Shown: in pieces, positions 17,671-31,007 of the stretch
How the letters are laid out: each line of letters starts with the position of its first letter
How positions within the stretch are numbered: position 1 is the stretch's first letter
Origin: Polyangiales bacterium
Lineage (GTDB): Bacteria; Myxococcota_A; Polyangia; Polyangiales; Ga0077539
NCBI GenBank assembly: GCA_044229975.1
Contig: JBGARZ010000010.1
Span: 192,001 to 256,000 of the forward strand
DNA: 64,000 nucleotides
Reading direction: 5' to 3'
Translations under genes and position numbers: made by a program
The notes under the pieces: model-generated
The model's input: the letters and a program-made list of their open reading frames with translations, nothing else
What the model was told of the DNA's origin: nothing
Databases searched by the model: none

Positions 17671-19536
17671 CTACCGCACCAGCACCTGCGGGTGCGCGAA
17701 CAACGCCACCCCGTCCACCCGCACCGTGACCTGGTGCAGTCCCGCGGCGAGCCCGCGCGCCGTCGCGGTGTATGTGCCGTTGCCCTCGTCGCTCACCGTC
17801 AGCGCCACGTCACCGGGCGCCATCGTCACCGCGACCCGGTGTCCCCCGCCCAGCAGTCCACCGTCGGGTCGCGCGGGCCGCACCGTCACCCGCGCATCAC
17901 CGCCCGCCGCCACCATCGGCGGCTCCACCGTCAGCCAACGGGGCTCTTCCACCACGACCTCGGCGCCCGCCAGCACGGGCCCGGAGCGCTGCACATAGCC
18001 GTCGGGCCAGCGCACCTCCACGGACTCTGCGCGGGGCCAGCCCGCGAGCCCGTACACCAGCCGGTGCTCGCCGTAGCCCCACGGCGCGCCGCCGCTCTGC
18101 ATCTCCTGCACGAGCAGCCGCGACCCGACGCGCGCGCTCACCTTCGCGCCGACGCCTTCGGAGTTGGAGACGGTTCCGCGCAGGCGCACCGCGAACGATC
18201 GCCCGCCCACCACCTCGTTGCGCAGGAGGCGCGGGGCCATGCTGGTTCCGCCCATCCAGTAGTCGGTGCGGCCGTCGCGATCGAGGTCGCTGCCAGTCAC
18301 CCAGAAGCTCGTGTACGTGCCCACCTGATGCAGCAGCGGCGTCGCCTCGGTGAACACCCCGTCGCCGCGGTTGTGCCGCAGAAACGCCGTCGGTGGTGTG
18401 TAGAACCCGTCGGTTACGCCGACGGCGACGACGAGGTCGGGCCAGGTGTCGTTGTCGTAGTCGGCGAAGCTCGCCCCGAAGGCCACGGTCTCGGCCTCGG
18501 AGGGGTGCAGCATCGGGAGGTCGATGCCCGCCTGCGCCGCGACGTCCACGCGTCCACCGCGGTGCGTGTAGAGGTGCTGCGGACCGATATCCAACAGGTA
18601 CAGGTCGAGCTTCGCGTCGCCGTCGACGTCGGCGGAGGCCGCGCCCATGAGGGCCGCGGGGTTGTACTCGGGGCCGAAGTAGAGCCGGTCGAAGGTCTCC
18701 TCGACGTAGGGCCGCGACGACGACGACGAGGTGCGATGCAGGTAGCGCGCGGGCGGCCCGAGCTGCTCGTCGAAGAGCAGGAAGAGGTCGGTCAGCCCGT
18801 CGTCATCGACGTCCATGAAGAAGTTGGACCAGCTCGCGCCCAGCGTCTCGCCGAAGGTCTCGGTCATGGATTCGACCCAGGTTCCGTCCGGGCGGCTCAG
18901 GTACATCCGCACGGGCGCGTCGGCGTCGAGCACGTGGCGCGTGACGAGGTCGAGGCGGCCGTCGAGGTTGATGTCCGAGAGGTCGACGCCGGAGAACATC
19001 GCGCCGCGCGTGGCGTTCCACGGACCGAAGCCCCACGCGACGCTGACGTCCTCGAAGCGGCAGTTGCCCTGGTTGCGATACACCCGCAGCTCGGGGCGAA
19101 ACGGGCCCATTCCCCCCATCTGCGCGCGGACGAACTCCGACGCGCTGATGGACACGATGAGGTCGGGTCGTCCGTCGTTGTCGAGGTCGCCGAAGGCCGC
19201 GGCGGTCGGTCCCTCGCGGTCGGCGCCGGGCAGCGCTCCGAGAGACTCGAAGTGGAAGTTGCCGGTGTTGCGCCAGAGCACGCCGCGGCTGCTCCACCCG
19301 AAGACGTAGGCGTCGGGGAGGCCGTCGGCGTCGCAGTCCCCGATGGCCGCGGCGTTGACGGCGCCCATGCGGGGGAAGGGCCATCCGCCGATCTCGTCGA
19401 GGCGCACACCCGACGTGGCGAACTGGTCGACGAAGCCGCGCGAGTCGTCGTAGCGAACCGTCGGCGGGGCCATCGTGGCGGGCGCGTCGGAGCAGCCCGC
19501 GAGGGCGGCGAGCAGGAGGGCGGACCTACGCCTCAT
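17671..19536 (-). CDS. CRTAC1/ASPIC-UnbV-family lipoprotein with FG-GAP repeats
   Basis: Lipobox LAALAGC; repeats GDCDADG, GDLDNDGRPD, DINLDGRLD, DYDNDTWPD; UnbV-like RLVYGL...VEVRWPDG. Confidence 0.88.
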   Translation of the reverse strand: MRRRSALLLAALAGCSDAPATMAPPTVRYDDSRGFVDQFATSGVRLDEIGGWPFPRMGAVNAAAIGDCDADGLPDAYVFGWSSRGVLWRNTGNFHFESLGALPGADREGPTAAAFGDLDNDGRPDLIVSISASEFVRAQMGGMGPFRPELRVYRNQGNCRFEDVSVAWGFGPWNATRGAMFSGVDLSDINLDGRLDLVTRHVLDADAPVRMYLSRPDGTWVESMTETFGETLGASWSNFFMDVDDDGLTDLFLLFDEQLGPPARYLHRTSSSSSRPYVEETFDRLYFGPEYNPAALMGAASADVDGDAKLDLYLLDIGPQHLYTHRGGRVDVAAQAGIDLPMLHPSEAETVAFGASFADYDNDTWPDLVVAVGVTDGFYTPPTAFLRHNRGDGVFTEATPLLHQVGTYTSFWVTGSDLDRDGRTDYWMGGTSMAPRLLRNEVVGGRSFAVRLRGTVSNSEGVGAKVSARVGSRLLVQEMQSGGAPWGYGEHRLVYGLAGWPRAESVEVRWPDGYVQRSGPVLAGAEVVVEEPRWLTVEPPMVAAGGDARVTVRPARPDGGLLGGGHRVAVTMAPGDVALTVSDEGNGTYTATARGLAAGLHQVTVRVDGVALFAHPQVLVR

Positions 19537-20512
19537 GCGCGACGGCTCCGGGCGTGAGCGGGAGCTTGCGGAAGTACGCCACGAGGAAGCCCAGGTAGCT
19601 GCGTCGCACCTCCACGTCGGGTCGTCCCGCGAGCAGGGGTTGGAGTCGGGGGAGGTTGTAGTAGGGCACGTACGGCCACAGGTGGTGCTCCGCGTGGAGG
19701 TTGAGATGGTAGGGCGAGAACAGCGCCCGCTCGACGGCTCCCGGCGCGAAGGTGATGAGGCGCAGCGGGTCGGCCGCCGCGTCGGGCAGCACCGGCACCG
19801 CGTGCTCGCAAAACATCCTGATCTTGTGCGGAACAAACACCAGCGGATAGACCGGCGCGATCCAGAACGCGAGGTAGTACCAGGCCGGGAAGCGCGACCA
19901 GATGGCGAGGAAGATCATCGCCTGCGCCGCGAGCGTTGCACCTCGCCGTCGAACGAATCCCTTGAGCGCCTCGGCGAAGGGCGTCGGAGTCGAGGGACCG
20001 GCGCCGCCGTGGAGGGCCTTGTGTAGAGCGCGCGGAAACATGGTGAGCCCGGTGAGGAAGAGCACGAAGTCGAGGCGCGTGGACTTGTCGACGACCGAGT
20101 AGAGGTAGCGGTCGGGGTCGTCCTCGGTGGCGAGGAGCTGGTGGTGACGCCCGTGGTTCTTGCGCTCGCCGTGGAAGTCGACGCCGACCGGGGCGCAGAG
20201 CGCAGCCTGGGCGAAGAGGTCGTTGGTGCGGCGGCGCGCGAAGAGCGTGCGGTGGTCGCCCTCGTGGGTGAGCACCGACAGCGCGTACTGCCGGTTGCCG
20301 ATGACGAGGAAGGCGACGACGGCGCTCCACCACGTCGGCGCGCGAGCGAGCAGGACGAAGGCGAGGAGGATGGTCGCGTAGCAGAGGGCGGTGTCGGCGA
20401 CGACGCGCCACGGGCGATGCTGGAGCACCTCGCGGAGGAGAGGACTGCCCGGTGGGAGCAGCCGTCGGCCGAGGGCCTCGGGGTCGAGCACCGCAGGTGG
20501 CAATCGGCTCAC
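19526..20512 (-). CDS. Membrane fatty-acid desaturase family protein
   Basis: Three His boxes HEGDH, HGRHH, HAEHH, plus FCEH; TM segments. GTG start overlaps the upstream stop. Confidence 0.9.
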   Translation of the reverse strand: MSRLPPAVLDPEALGRRLLPPGSPLLREVLQHRPWRVVADTALCYATILLAFVLLARAPTWWSAVVAFLVIGNRQYALSVLTHEGDHRTLFARRRTNDLFAQAALCAPVGVDFHGERKNHGRHHQLLATEDDPDRYLYSVVDKSTRLDFVLFLTGLTMFPRALHKALHGGAGPSTPTPFAEALKGFVRRRGATLAAQAMIFLAIWSRFPAWYYLAFWIAPVYPLVFVPHKIRMFCEHAVPVLPDAAADPLRLITFAPGAVERALFSPYHLNLHAEHHLWPYVPYYNLPRLQPLLAGRPDVEVRRSYLGFLVAYFRKLPLTPGAVAHEA

Positions 20513-21633
20513 GAGTGCCGCCCGAGCAGCGCCCCGACGCGCCCGGTGAAGGAGTCGTAGAGGCGGCTCATCTCGACGAGGTCGAGGTTGCGCGCGTACG
20601 ACGACTCCCAGCACATGCAGCCGTAGTCGCGGGACTGCATGTGCTCGCGCGCTTCGTTCGCGCGGTGGGCCCGCCAGAGGTCGTCGAGCTCGGCGTCGAC
20701 GAGGCTCCCGATGTGCGAGTCGGCGCGGCCGTGGCAGAGCTTCACCGCGCCGTTGGCCTCCACCACCGCCGTCGTCGCCGGAACCAACAGACACCGGAAC
20801 CCGATGTCCTTCTGGAGCGCCTCGCGCTCGAAGACGTAGCGCGGCAGCAGGTCGTAGTAGCGGCCCGCGAGGAAGGGGTGGCGCGCGCGCAGCGCGGCGT
20901 AGGCGCGCTCGAACTCCGGGCGGTCTTCGGGGCGGAAGAGGCAGCTCCGGTCGCGCACCTGATGGAGCCCGTTGTCCTGGATGATCTGGAAGAGAACGTT
21001 GTCCGCGTGCTCGCTCCAGTGGTCGATGAAGGCGTCGAGATCGCGGTAGTTGTGGCGGTTGATGGTGCAGCGCACCTGCACCCGCGGCCCGTCGGTCGTG
21101 CGTCGCGCGCGCAGCTCGTCGGCGGCCTTCTCGACGCGGTCGAAGAGCCCGGCGCGCCCGCGGAAGGCGTCGTGCTTCGCGGCCTCGGCGGCGTCGACGC
21201 TGAGGGTCACCACGTCGATGCCCGCGTCGAGCACGGCGTCGACGTGGCGCCCGAGGCGGTCGCCGCTGGTTCCGATGAAGACGCGCTTGCCGCCGTCCTT
21301 CAAGGTGCGCGCGAGCTCGAACACTCCATCGACCAGGAGCGGTTCGCCGCCGATGAGGGACACGCCCCAGGCGTCGCTCGCGGCCAGCTTGCGGGCGACG
21401 GTGAGACGTTGCGCGCGGGTGAGCTCGTCGGGGAGCGGGCGGTTCATGGAGCAGTGGGCGCAGGCGAGGTTGCACGCCTCGGTGACGGCCCAGCTCAGGA
21501 AGACGGGGTTCTTCGCGCGCAGCACCGGCAGCGCGGTGCTGGCGATGTTGCGGGCCAGCGGAACAAGCGCTGGACCGAGGTCGCCGAGGGTGACGCCCGT
21601 GGTCGTGGGGGTGGTTCTCTGGCGGGGCGACAT
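20509..21633 (-). CDS. Radical SAM/SPASM-like protein
   Basis: VTEACNLACAHC, GGEPLL, LSVD; C-terminal CLVP...NGAVKLC...IGSL...CMCWESS. Start codon uncertain. Confidence 0.9.
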   Translation of the reverse strand: MSPRQRTTPTTTGVTLGDLGPALVPLARNIASTALPVLRAKNPVFLSWAVTEACNLACAHCSMNRPLPDELTRAQRLTVARKLAASDAWGVSLIGGEPLLVDGVFELARTLKDGGKRVFIGTSGDRLGRHVDAVLDAGIDVVTLSVDAAEAAKHDAFRGRAGLFDRVEKAADELRARRTTDGPRVQVRCTINRHNYRDLDAFIDHWSEHADNVLFQIIQDNGLHQVRDRSCLFRPEDRPEFERAYAALRARHPFLAGRYYDLLPRYVFEREALQKDIGFRCLLVPATTAVVEANGAVKLCHGRADSHIGSLVDAELDDLWRAHRANEAREHMQSRDYGCMCWESSYARNLDLVEMSRLYDSFTGRVGALLGRHS

Positions 21634-21723
21634 CGGGGGTGCTTCTGCCGGAGTCTCGACGCTCGCACGCATCGGGGCGGCGAGGCAACGACCGCCGTGG
21701 GCGTAGCTGCGCTGACGCGGTCC

Positions 21724-22527
21724 ATGGGAGACTCCGCGGCGCCCATGCGCGAGATGACCCCCGTCGAGCGGATCAAGCCGCCGTCCCCGGAGGAGTTCGA
21801 GGAGCGCTACGTGCGCCCGTCCCGTCCGGTGATCTTGCGCGGCGCCATCGACCACTGGCCTGCGCTGCGGTGCTGGTCGCGCGACTACTTCAAGCGCCGC
21901 TTCGGCGACCGCAGCGTGCCGGTCATCCGCAAGAAGGGCGGAGCGATGTACGACGCCAGCGCGGGGCTCTTCTACGAGCGCATGCGCGTGGCGGACTACG
22001 TCGACCAGCTCACCGAGGCGCGGCCGAGCGACCTGTACATGGTGTTTCGGGTGCACGAGGTGCTGCCGGAGATCTTCGACGACATCGCGCGCCCGGCGTA
22101 CTGCCATGACGCGAGCTGGTACCGCGCGCGGTTCTGGTTTGCGGCGCCCGACACCAAGGGGCCGCTGCACCGCGACCTGCCCGAAAACCTCTACGCGCAG
22201 GTGTCGGGTCACAAGCAGTTCGTGATGATCGACCGTCGGCTCACACGGATGGTGCACCGTCATGCGTTCTACTCGGGCGTTCCCAACTACAGCCCGGTGG
22301 ACGCCGAGGAGCCCGACCTGCTGCGCCACCCGCGCTTCCGTGACGCTCCGCGGATGCTGGCCACGCTGGAGCCCGGCGACCTCTTCTACATCCCGAGCAT
22401 GTGGTGGCACCAGGCGCACTCCCTCGACCTGAGCCTCTCGGTGAACCTCTGGTGGGCCCGCGGCTGGATGGTGCCGGTGGTGAGGGCGGCGGAGGCGTTC
22501 ATGAAGGTGCGCGACCTGAAGCTGTGA
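21724..22527 (+). CDS. JmjC/cupin-8 Fe(II)/2-oxoglutarate oxygenase
   Basis: PVILRGAIDHWPA, LHRD..ENL, LEPGDLFYIPSMWWH, SLSVNLWW. Confidence 0.9.
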   Translation: MGDSAAPMREMTPVERIKPPSPEEFEERYVRPSRPVILRGAIDHWPALRCWSRDYFKRRFGDRSVPVIRKKGGAMYDASAGLFYERMRVADYVDQLTEARPSDLYMVFRVHEVLPEIFDDIARPAYCHDASWYRARFWFAAPDTKGPLHRDLPENLYAQVSGHKQFVMIDRRLTRMVHRHAFYSGVPNYSPVDAEEPDLLRHPRFRDAPRMLATLEPGDLFYIPSMWWHQAHSLDLSLSVNLWWARGWMVPVVRAAEAFMKVRDLKL

Positions 22528-23306
22528 GGTCCGCGACGCTGATCCCCCGCACCGCCGCCCCCACCGCGGAGCGCTTCGAGCGCGACCACCGCGCGCCTGG
22601 CCGCCCGGTGGTGCTCACCGACCTCCTCGACGGCGTGGCCCTCCGCGGCGCCCTCGACCTCGCCCGACTGCGCGAGCAACACGGTGCGTCTGCGGTTCCC
22701 GTTGCGCGCATGCGCGGCGATGACCTCGTCGTCGACCCGGCCCGCGGCATCGCGCAGGACCCCGTCGCGCTCGGTGACTTCCTCGACGGCCTCGCCGCCG
22801 GCGCCTCGCGCGGCTACCTCATGGCGCGCGCCGAACAGCTCCCACCCGCGCTCCGTCGCGAGCTCGTGGCGCCGCGGTATTGCGACGGCGCTCCGTGGGT
22901 CGTCTCCAAGCTCTGGGTGGCCTCCGCGGACACCGTGTCGGCGCTCCACCGCGACCTCGCCGACAACCTCCATACGGTGGTCGATGGCGAGAAGCTCTTC
23001 ACCCTCGTCTCGCCCTCACAGGACGATCGGGTGTATCCGCACGGCCTGCTCGCGGGGCTGCCCAACGCGGCGCGCGTCGACCTCGATCGGCCCGACTACG
23101 AGCGCCATCCCCGCTCGCGCGCCATCGAGACGGTGACGGCGCGGCTCTCTCCCGGCGAGACCATCTTCATCCCGCACGGGTGGTGGCACCACGTCCGGAC
23201 GGTGCGCGGCAGCGTCTCCATCAACACCTGGTGGGCGCGCGGAACCCGCCTCCCCATCGTGGCGCTCGCCGACTGGTTCAAGCGGGTGCGCGGGCTCAGC
23301 CGCTAG
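22524..23306 (+). CDS. JmjC/cupin-8 Fe(II)/2-oxoglutarate oxygenase (paralog)
   Basis: PVVLTD, LHRDLADNL, LSPGETIFIPHGWWHHV, SVSINTWW. GTGA coupling to the previous gene. Confidence 0.88.
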   Translation: MRSATLIPRTAAPTAERFERDHRAPGRPVVLTDLLDGVALRGALDLARLREQHGASAVPVARMRGDDLVVDPARGIAQDPVALGDFLDGLAAGASRGYLMARAEQLPPALRRELVAPRYCDGAPWVVSKLWVASADTVSALHRDLADNLHTVVDGEKLFTLVSPSQDDRVYPHGLLAGLPNAARVDLDRPDYERHPRSRAIETVTARLSPGETIFIPHGWWHHVRTVRGSVSINTWWARGTRLPIVALADWFKRVRGLSR

Positions 23307-24337
23307 CGCTGTGCTGCTCGCGCGACGGTGAGCTCGCGCTGGACGGCGTCGATCATCTCGGAGGTGGTGAGCTCGGCGCCGCGGCGGCTCCAGTGGCGAT
23401 CGCGGTCGACGAAGTAGCTGTTGGGCCCGCGCGGCGTCCAGATGCGCTCGACCGGGACGCCCCGCTGCCGGAGCTGCTCCATGAGATAGGGGTAGGCCTC
23501 GCAGCCCGGGGTTGCGTCGTCCAGCAGGAAGAACAGCGACCGCACGTTGGTCGCCTGCATGTTGCGCAGGTACTGGTCGACCTTGGCGATGAGCTGCGCG
23601 CGCGGCACCGGCGGCGACTCCCCGCGCTCGCGGTTGTGCACATAGAACATCAGCCGCGCCAGGTTGGAGCGGTCGATGAGCCACTTCCACACGCGGCTGC
23701 GCGGCACGAGCACGCGGGTGTAGTCGAACTGCTCGGTGAGGTGCCACGGGCGCACGAGCATCACCATGAGCCGCGGCTGCTTCACCGGTCGCACGAGCTC
23801 TGCGGTGCGAAAGGTCTGCACGATGTGCTGCCCGATCACCCCGCAGTTGCCCACGCTGATGCCCGCGAACCCCCTCGCGCGGAGCTGCGTCTGCAACATC
23901 GCCGAGACGGTGTCTTCGGCCGGGACGAGCATGCCGAAGCCCTGCGAGCTGCCGAGCACGACGACCTCGGAGGTCTCGGGAATCGGGCCCGTGGAGGGCG
24001 CGCGGCAACCCGCCTCGTCGATGCGATAGAGCGTGTACCCGGGGGGCGGAGGCGCCGTGACCGGGCGCGTCGGGTCGCCGAGGTGGATGAGGTCGAGCAC
24101 CACGTAGAGGGGCGCGCGCCAGACGTCGGCCTTGGCGTGTCCGAGCCACGTCCCGGGGGTGCTCTCGTAGACGAGCTCGCGGTCGCGGGAGGGCCGCAGG
24201 ATGCGGTTGGGCCGCGCGACGAACTGCCCCGCCAGCACCTCCAGCACCACCAGCATCGCGAGGAGCGACAGGGGCCAGCGCAGCCTGCGTCGCCAGCTCT
24301 TGGGTCGGGGGGCGGTGGCCTCGGCGGTCGACGACAC
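23303..24337 (-). CDS. Membrane-anchored SGNH/GDSL-like hydrolase/acyltransferase
   Basis: N-terminal TM helix, VVVLGSSQGFG (block I-like), NCGVIG, C-terminal DRHW. Start uncertain. Confidence 0.6.
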   Translation of the reverse strand: MSSTAEATAPRPKSWRRRLRWPLSLLAMLVVLEVLAGQFVARPNRILRPSRDRELVYESTPGTWLGHAKADVWRAPLYVVLDLIHLGDPTRPVTAPPPPGYTLYRIDEAGCRAPSTGPIPETSEVVVLGSSQGFGMLVPAEDTVSAMLQTQLRARGFAGISVGNCGVIGQHIVQTFRTAELVRPVKQPRLMVMLVRPWHLTEQFDYTRVLVPRSRVWKWLIDRSNLARLMFYVHNRERGESPPVPRAQLIAKVDQYLRNMQATNVRSLFFLLDDATPGCEAYPYLMEQLRQRGVPVERIWTPRGPNSYFVDRDRHWSRRGAELTTSEMIDAVQRELTVARAAQR

Positions 24338-24407
24338 CCGGCGTTGGTAGCCCGCGGGTCGAGAGACGGTCAATCACGCGGAGAGTTGCGGTAGAGTCCG
24401 CGCCATC

Positions 24408-25816
<1,409 letters not shown>

Positions 25817-25820
<4 letters not shown>

Positions 25821-26515
25821 CGCGGTGGGCTCCACTGGGCGCCGCGCTGTGGCTGCTGACGGCCTGCGAGAAGAACGACCCTCCGCGACCCTCCACTCCG
25901 ACGCCACCCGCACCGACCGTCGCCCGCGACGCGGGCTCTGCGCGCGTCGACGCGGGTGCACCCGACGCGGGCTCGACCGAGCGCGTGGTGGCGCGCATTC
26001 GCATCAAGAACGTCGACACCCTTCCCCTGCACATCCTCACCAACCCGGACATCAACGAGATGCTGCACGCGCACCGGGTGCGGGCTTCGTCCGACCGGGC
26101 GGCGCTCTACGCGGGAGGCCCGCGCGTCGACCGGGTGAAGGCCTTCGCGGTGGGTCAGATGGCGCTCTGCACGGCCGACGCGGGCGTCGGGTACGGCGGC
26201 CTCGGTCAGCCGGGGGAGATCACCCTGGCGCCGGGCGACAGCTTCGAGGCGGGGCGCTGGGACGGCATCCTGCGCGAAGAGATCAACGACCCGCTGCGGG
26301 GCGTGTGCGCGCGGGAGTTCGCGCCGGTGCCGGCGTTCTACCGCTTCCAGCTCGATCAGCCGCAGTTGGAGGGCGCGCCGAGCTGCGTGCCTGCGGTGAC
26401 GGCGTGGCCCATCCCCGACGATGCCGGGGTACCGGTGCTGGAAATCCGTTGTCGCAACGCGCCGCGTGACGCGGGCGTGCGCGCCGCACCGAGGGTGGCC
26501 CCGACGGCGCCCTGA
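25817..26515 (+). CDS. Hypothetical lipoprotein
   Basis: Lipobox LLTAC; GTGA overlap with the regulator stop. Confidence 0.65.
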
Positions 26516-26599
26516 CCGGGGGTGTCGCTGCCTGACGGCGCTCTGCCCTGTCGCAAAGCAGCGCTCCCATTCGAACGACGTTCGGGCACTATCCGGCGC

Positions 26600-29287
<2,688 letters not shown>

Positions 29288-29293
29288 CGGGCC

Positions 29294-29365
29294 GGGGACG
29301 GTTTCAGCTTTTCACGTTTCCCCGAACTCGATCGGGTGGATGGGTGAAAAGCTGAAACCGTCCCC
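29294..29365. repeat. Perfect 22-bp inverted repeat with a 28-bp spacer (REP-like element or terminator)
   Basis: GGGGACGGTTTCAGCTTTTCAC (29294-29315) / GTGAAAAGCTGAAACCGTCCCC (29344-29365). Confidence 0.85.
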
Positions 29366-29416
29366 ACGTCTCCTCCGCTCGGGTGTACGCCTTCGGGTCG
29401 AAGGGAGAGTTCACCA

Positions 29417-29809
29417 ATGCAGGTCGAGACGCGTCGTCGGGTGCTTCGTGGGTTGCTGGGTGTCGTGCTGGTCGGGGGGATGTCGCTGGCGGGGAGCGCC
29501 GAGGCGCAGGACACCCTCCAGGTCGGTGGCATCTACGGCGCGCAGTGGGGCGCCGGGGCCATCAACCTCTCGCTCCAGCAGACCGGGGTCTGGGTCAACG
29601 GCATCTACACGGGCGGCAACGGCGTGCAGCCCGGCGCGATGGCCGGCCGCCTGACGGGCAACACGCTCGTCGGACGGTGGACCGACGCCAACAGCAGCGG
29701 CGGGTTTACGCTGGTGTTCTCGCCCGACGGCCGGGCCTTCGCGGGGACGTGGGGGCGCAGCGTCGCGTCCAACACCGACGGCGGGCCGTGGAGCGGTCGC
29801 CGCCGCTGA
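29417..29809 (+). CDS. Small secreted beta-rich hypothetical protein
   Basis: RBS AAGGGAG; signal peptide ending SAEA-Q; Gly/Trp-rich mature part. Confidence 0.7.
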   Translation: MQVETRRRVLRGLLGVVLVGGMSLAGSAEAQDTLQVGGIYGAQWGAGAINLSLQQTGVWVNGIYTGGNGVQPGAMAGRLTGNTLVGRWTDANSSGGFTLVFSPDGRAFAGTWGRSVASNTDGGPWSGRRR

Positions 29810-29889
29810 CGGCTCTCGCGTGGCGCGCGCGGGCGTCGTGGTAGGGTGCGGCTCCGCGGCGATTGCCCGGCGGAGGTACACCACAACCG

Positions 29890-31002
29890 ATGGCGCTCAA
29901 GATCGACCAGGACCACGCGCGCTTCCGCGACATCGTGAAGGGTCGCATCCGCGACAACCTCAAGCGCTACATCAGTCACGGTGATCTGGTTGCCCGGCAG
30001 GGCAAGGACACGGTGACCATCCCGGTGCCGCAGATCGACCTGCCGCGCTTCCGCTTCGGCGAGAAGCAGTCGGGCGGCGTCGGTCGCGGCAAGGGCGAGC
30101 CCGGCGACCCGATGGACGGGGGCGAGGAGGGCGAGGGGGACGGCAAGGGCAAGGCGGGCAAGGACGCCGGCGAGCACGCGCTCGAAGTGGAGGTGGCGCT
30201 CGACGACCTGGCGAAGATCCTCGGCGAAGAACTCCAGCTCCCGCGCATCGAGCCCAAGGGCAAGGCGCGCATCGTCGCCGACAAGGACAAGTACACGGGC
30301 ATCCAGCGGCAGGGCCCGGAGTCGCTCCGTCACTTCCGTCGCACGTACCGCGAGGCGCTCAAGCGGCAGATCTCGGCGGGCGGCTACAACCCCTCGAAGC
30401 CCGCCATCATCCCCATCCGCGAAGACCGCCGGTATCGCGGCACGAGCACCAGCGTTCAGCCCGTCGCCAACGCCGTCATCGTCTACATGATGGACGTCTC
30501 CGGCTCGATGGGTGATGAGCAGAAGGAGATCGTCCGCATCGAGAGCTTCTGGCTCGATACGTGGCTGCGCTCCCAGTATCAGGGGTTGGAGTCGGTCTAC
30601 ATCATCCACGACGCGGTGGCGCGCGAGGTCGACCGCGACACCTTCTTCCACACACGGGAGTCGGGCGGAACGATGATCTCTTCGGCGTACAAGCTGTGCG
30701 CGGACATCCTGGGCAAGCGCTATCCCTCCTCCGACTGGAACGTCTATCCGTTTCACTTCAGCGACGGTGACAACTGGTCGGTGGACGACACGTTGCAGTG
30801 CGTCGATCTGTTGAAGACGAAGATCCTGCCGGGGTCGAACATGTTCTGTTACGGGCAGGTGGAGAGCCCGTACGGGTCGGGGCAGTTCGTGAAGGACCTG
30901 CGCGAGCACCTGGGGAAGGACGAGCGCGTGGTGACCTCGGAGATTCGCGACAAGGACGCCATCATGGAGTCGATCAAGGAATTCCTGGGGAAGGGACGCT
31001 AA
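29890..31002 (+). CDS. yeaH: YeaH/YhbH family protein (DUF444)
   Basis: [28 protein letters not shown]; adjacent to spoVR. Confidence 0.92.
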   Translation: MALKIDQDHARFRDIVKGRIRDNLKRYISHGDLVARQGKDTVTIPVPQIDLPRFRFGEKQSGGVGRGKGEPGDPMDGGEEGEGDGKGKAGKDAGEHALEVEVALDDLAKILGEELQLPRIEPKGKARIVADKDKYTGIQRQGPESLRHFRRTYREALKRQISAGGYNPSKPAIIPIREDRRYRGTSTSVQPVANAVIVYMMDVSGSMGDEQKEIVRIESFWLDTWLRSQYQGLESVYIIHDAVAREVDRDTFFHTRESGGTMISSAYKLCADILGKRYPSSDWNVYPFHFSDGDNWSVDDTLQCVDLLKTKILPGSNMFCYGQVESPYGSGQFVKDLREHLGKDERVVTSEIRDKDAIMESIKEFLGKGR

Positions 31003-31007
31003 GGCAC

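Noticed and set aside
19526..21688. Apparent fusion ORFs in the track (720-aa desaturase, 629-aa PAAR, 1121-aa VIT, 691-aa JmjC)
   Set aside because: The N-terminal extensions are read-through of overlapping frames; internal starts coupled to neighbouring stops explain the real genes.
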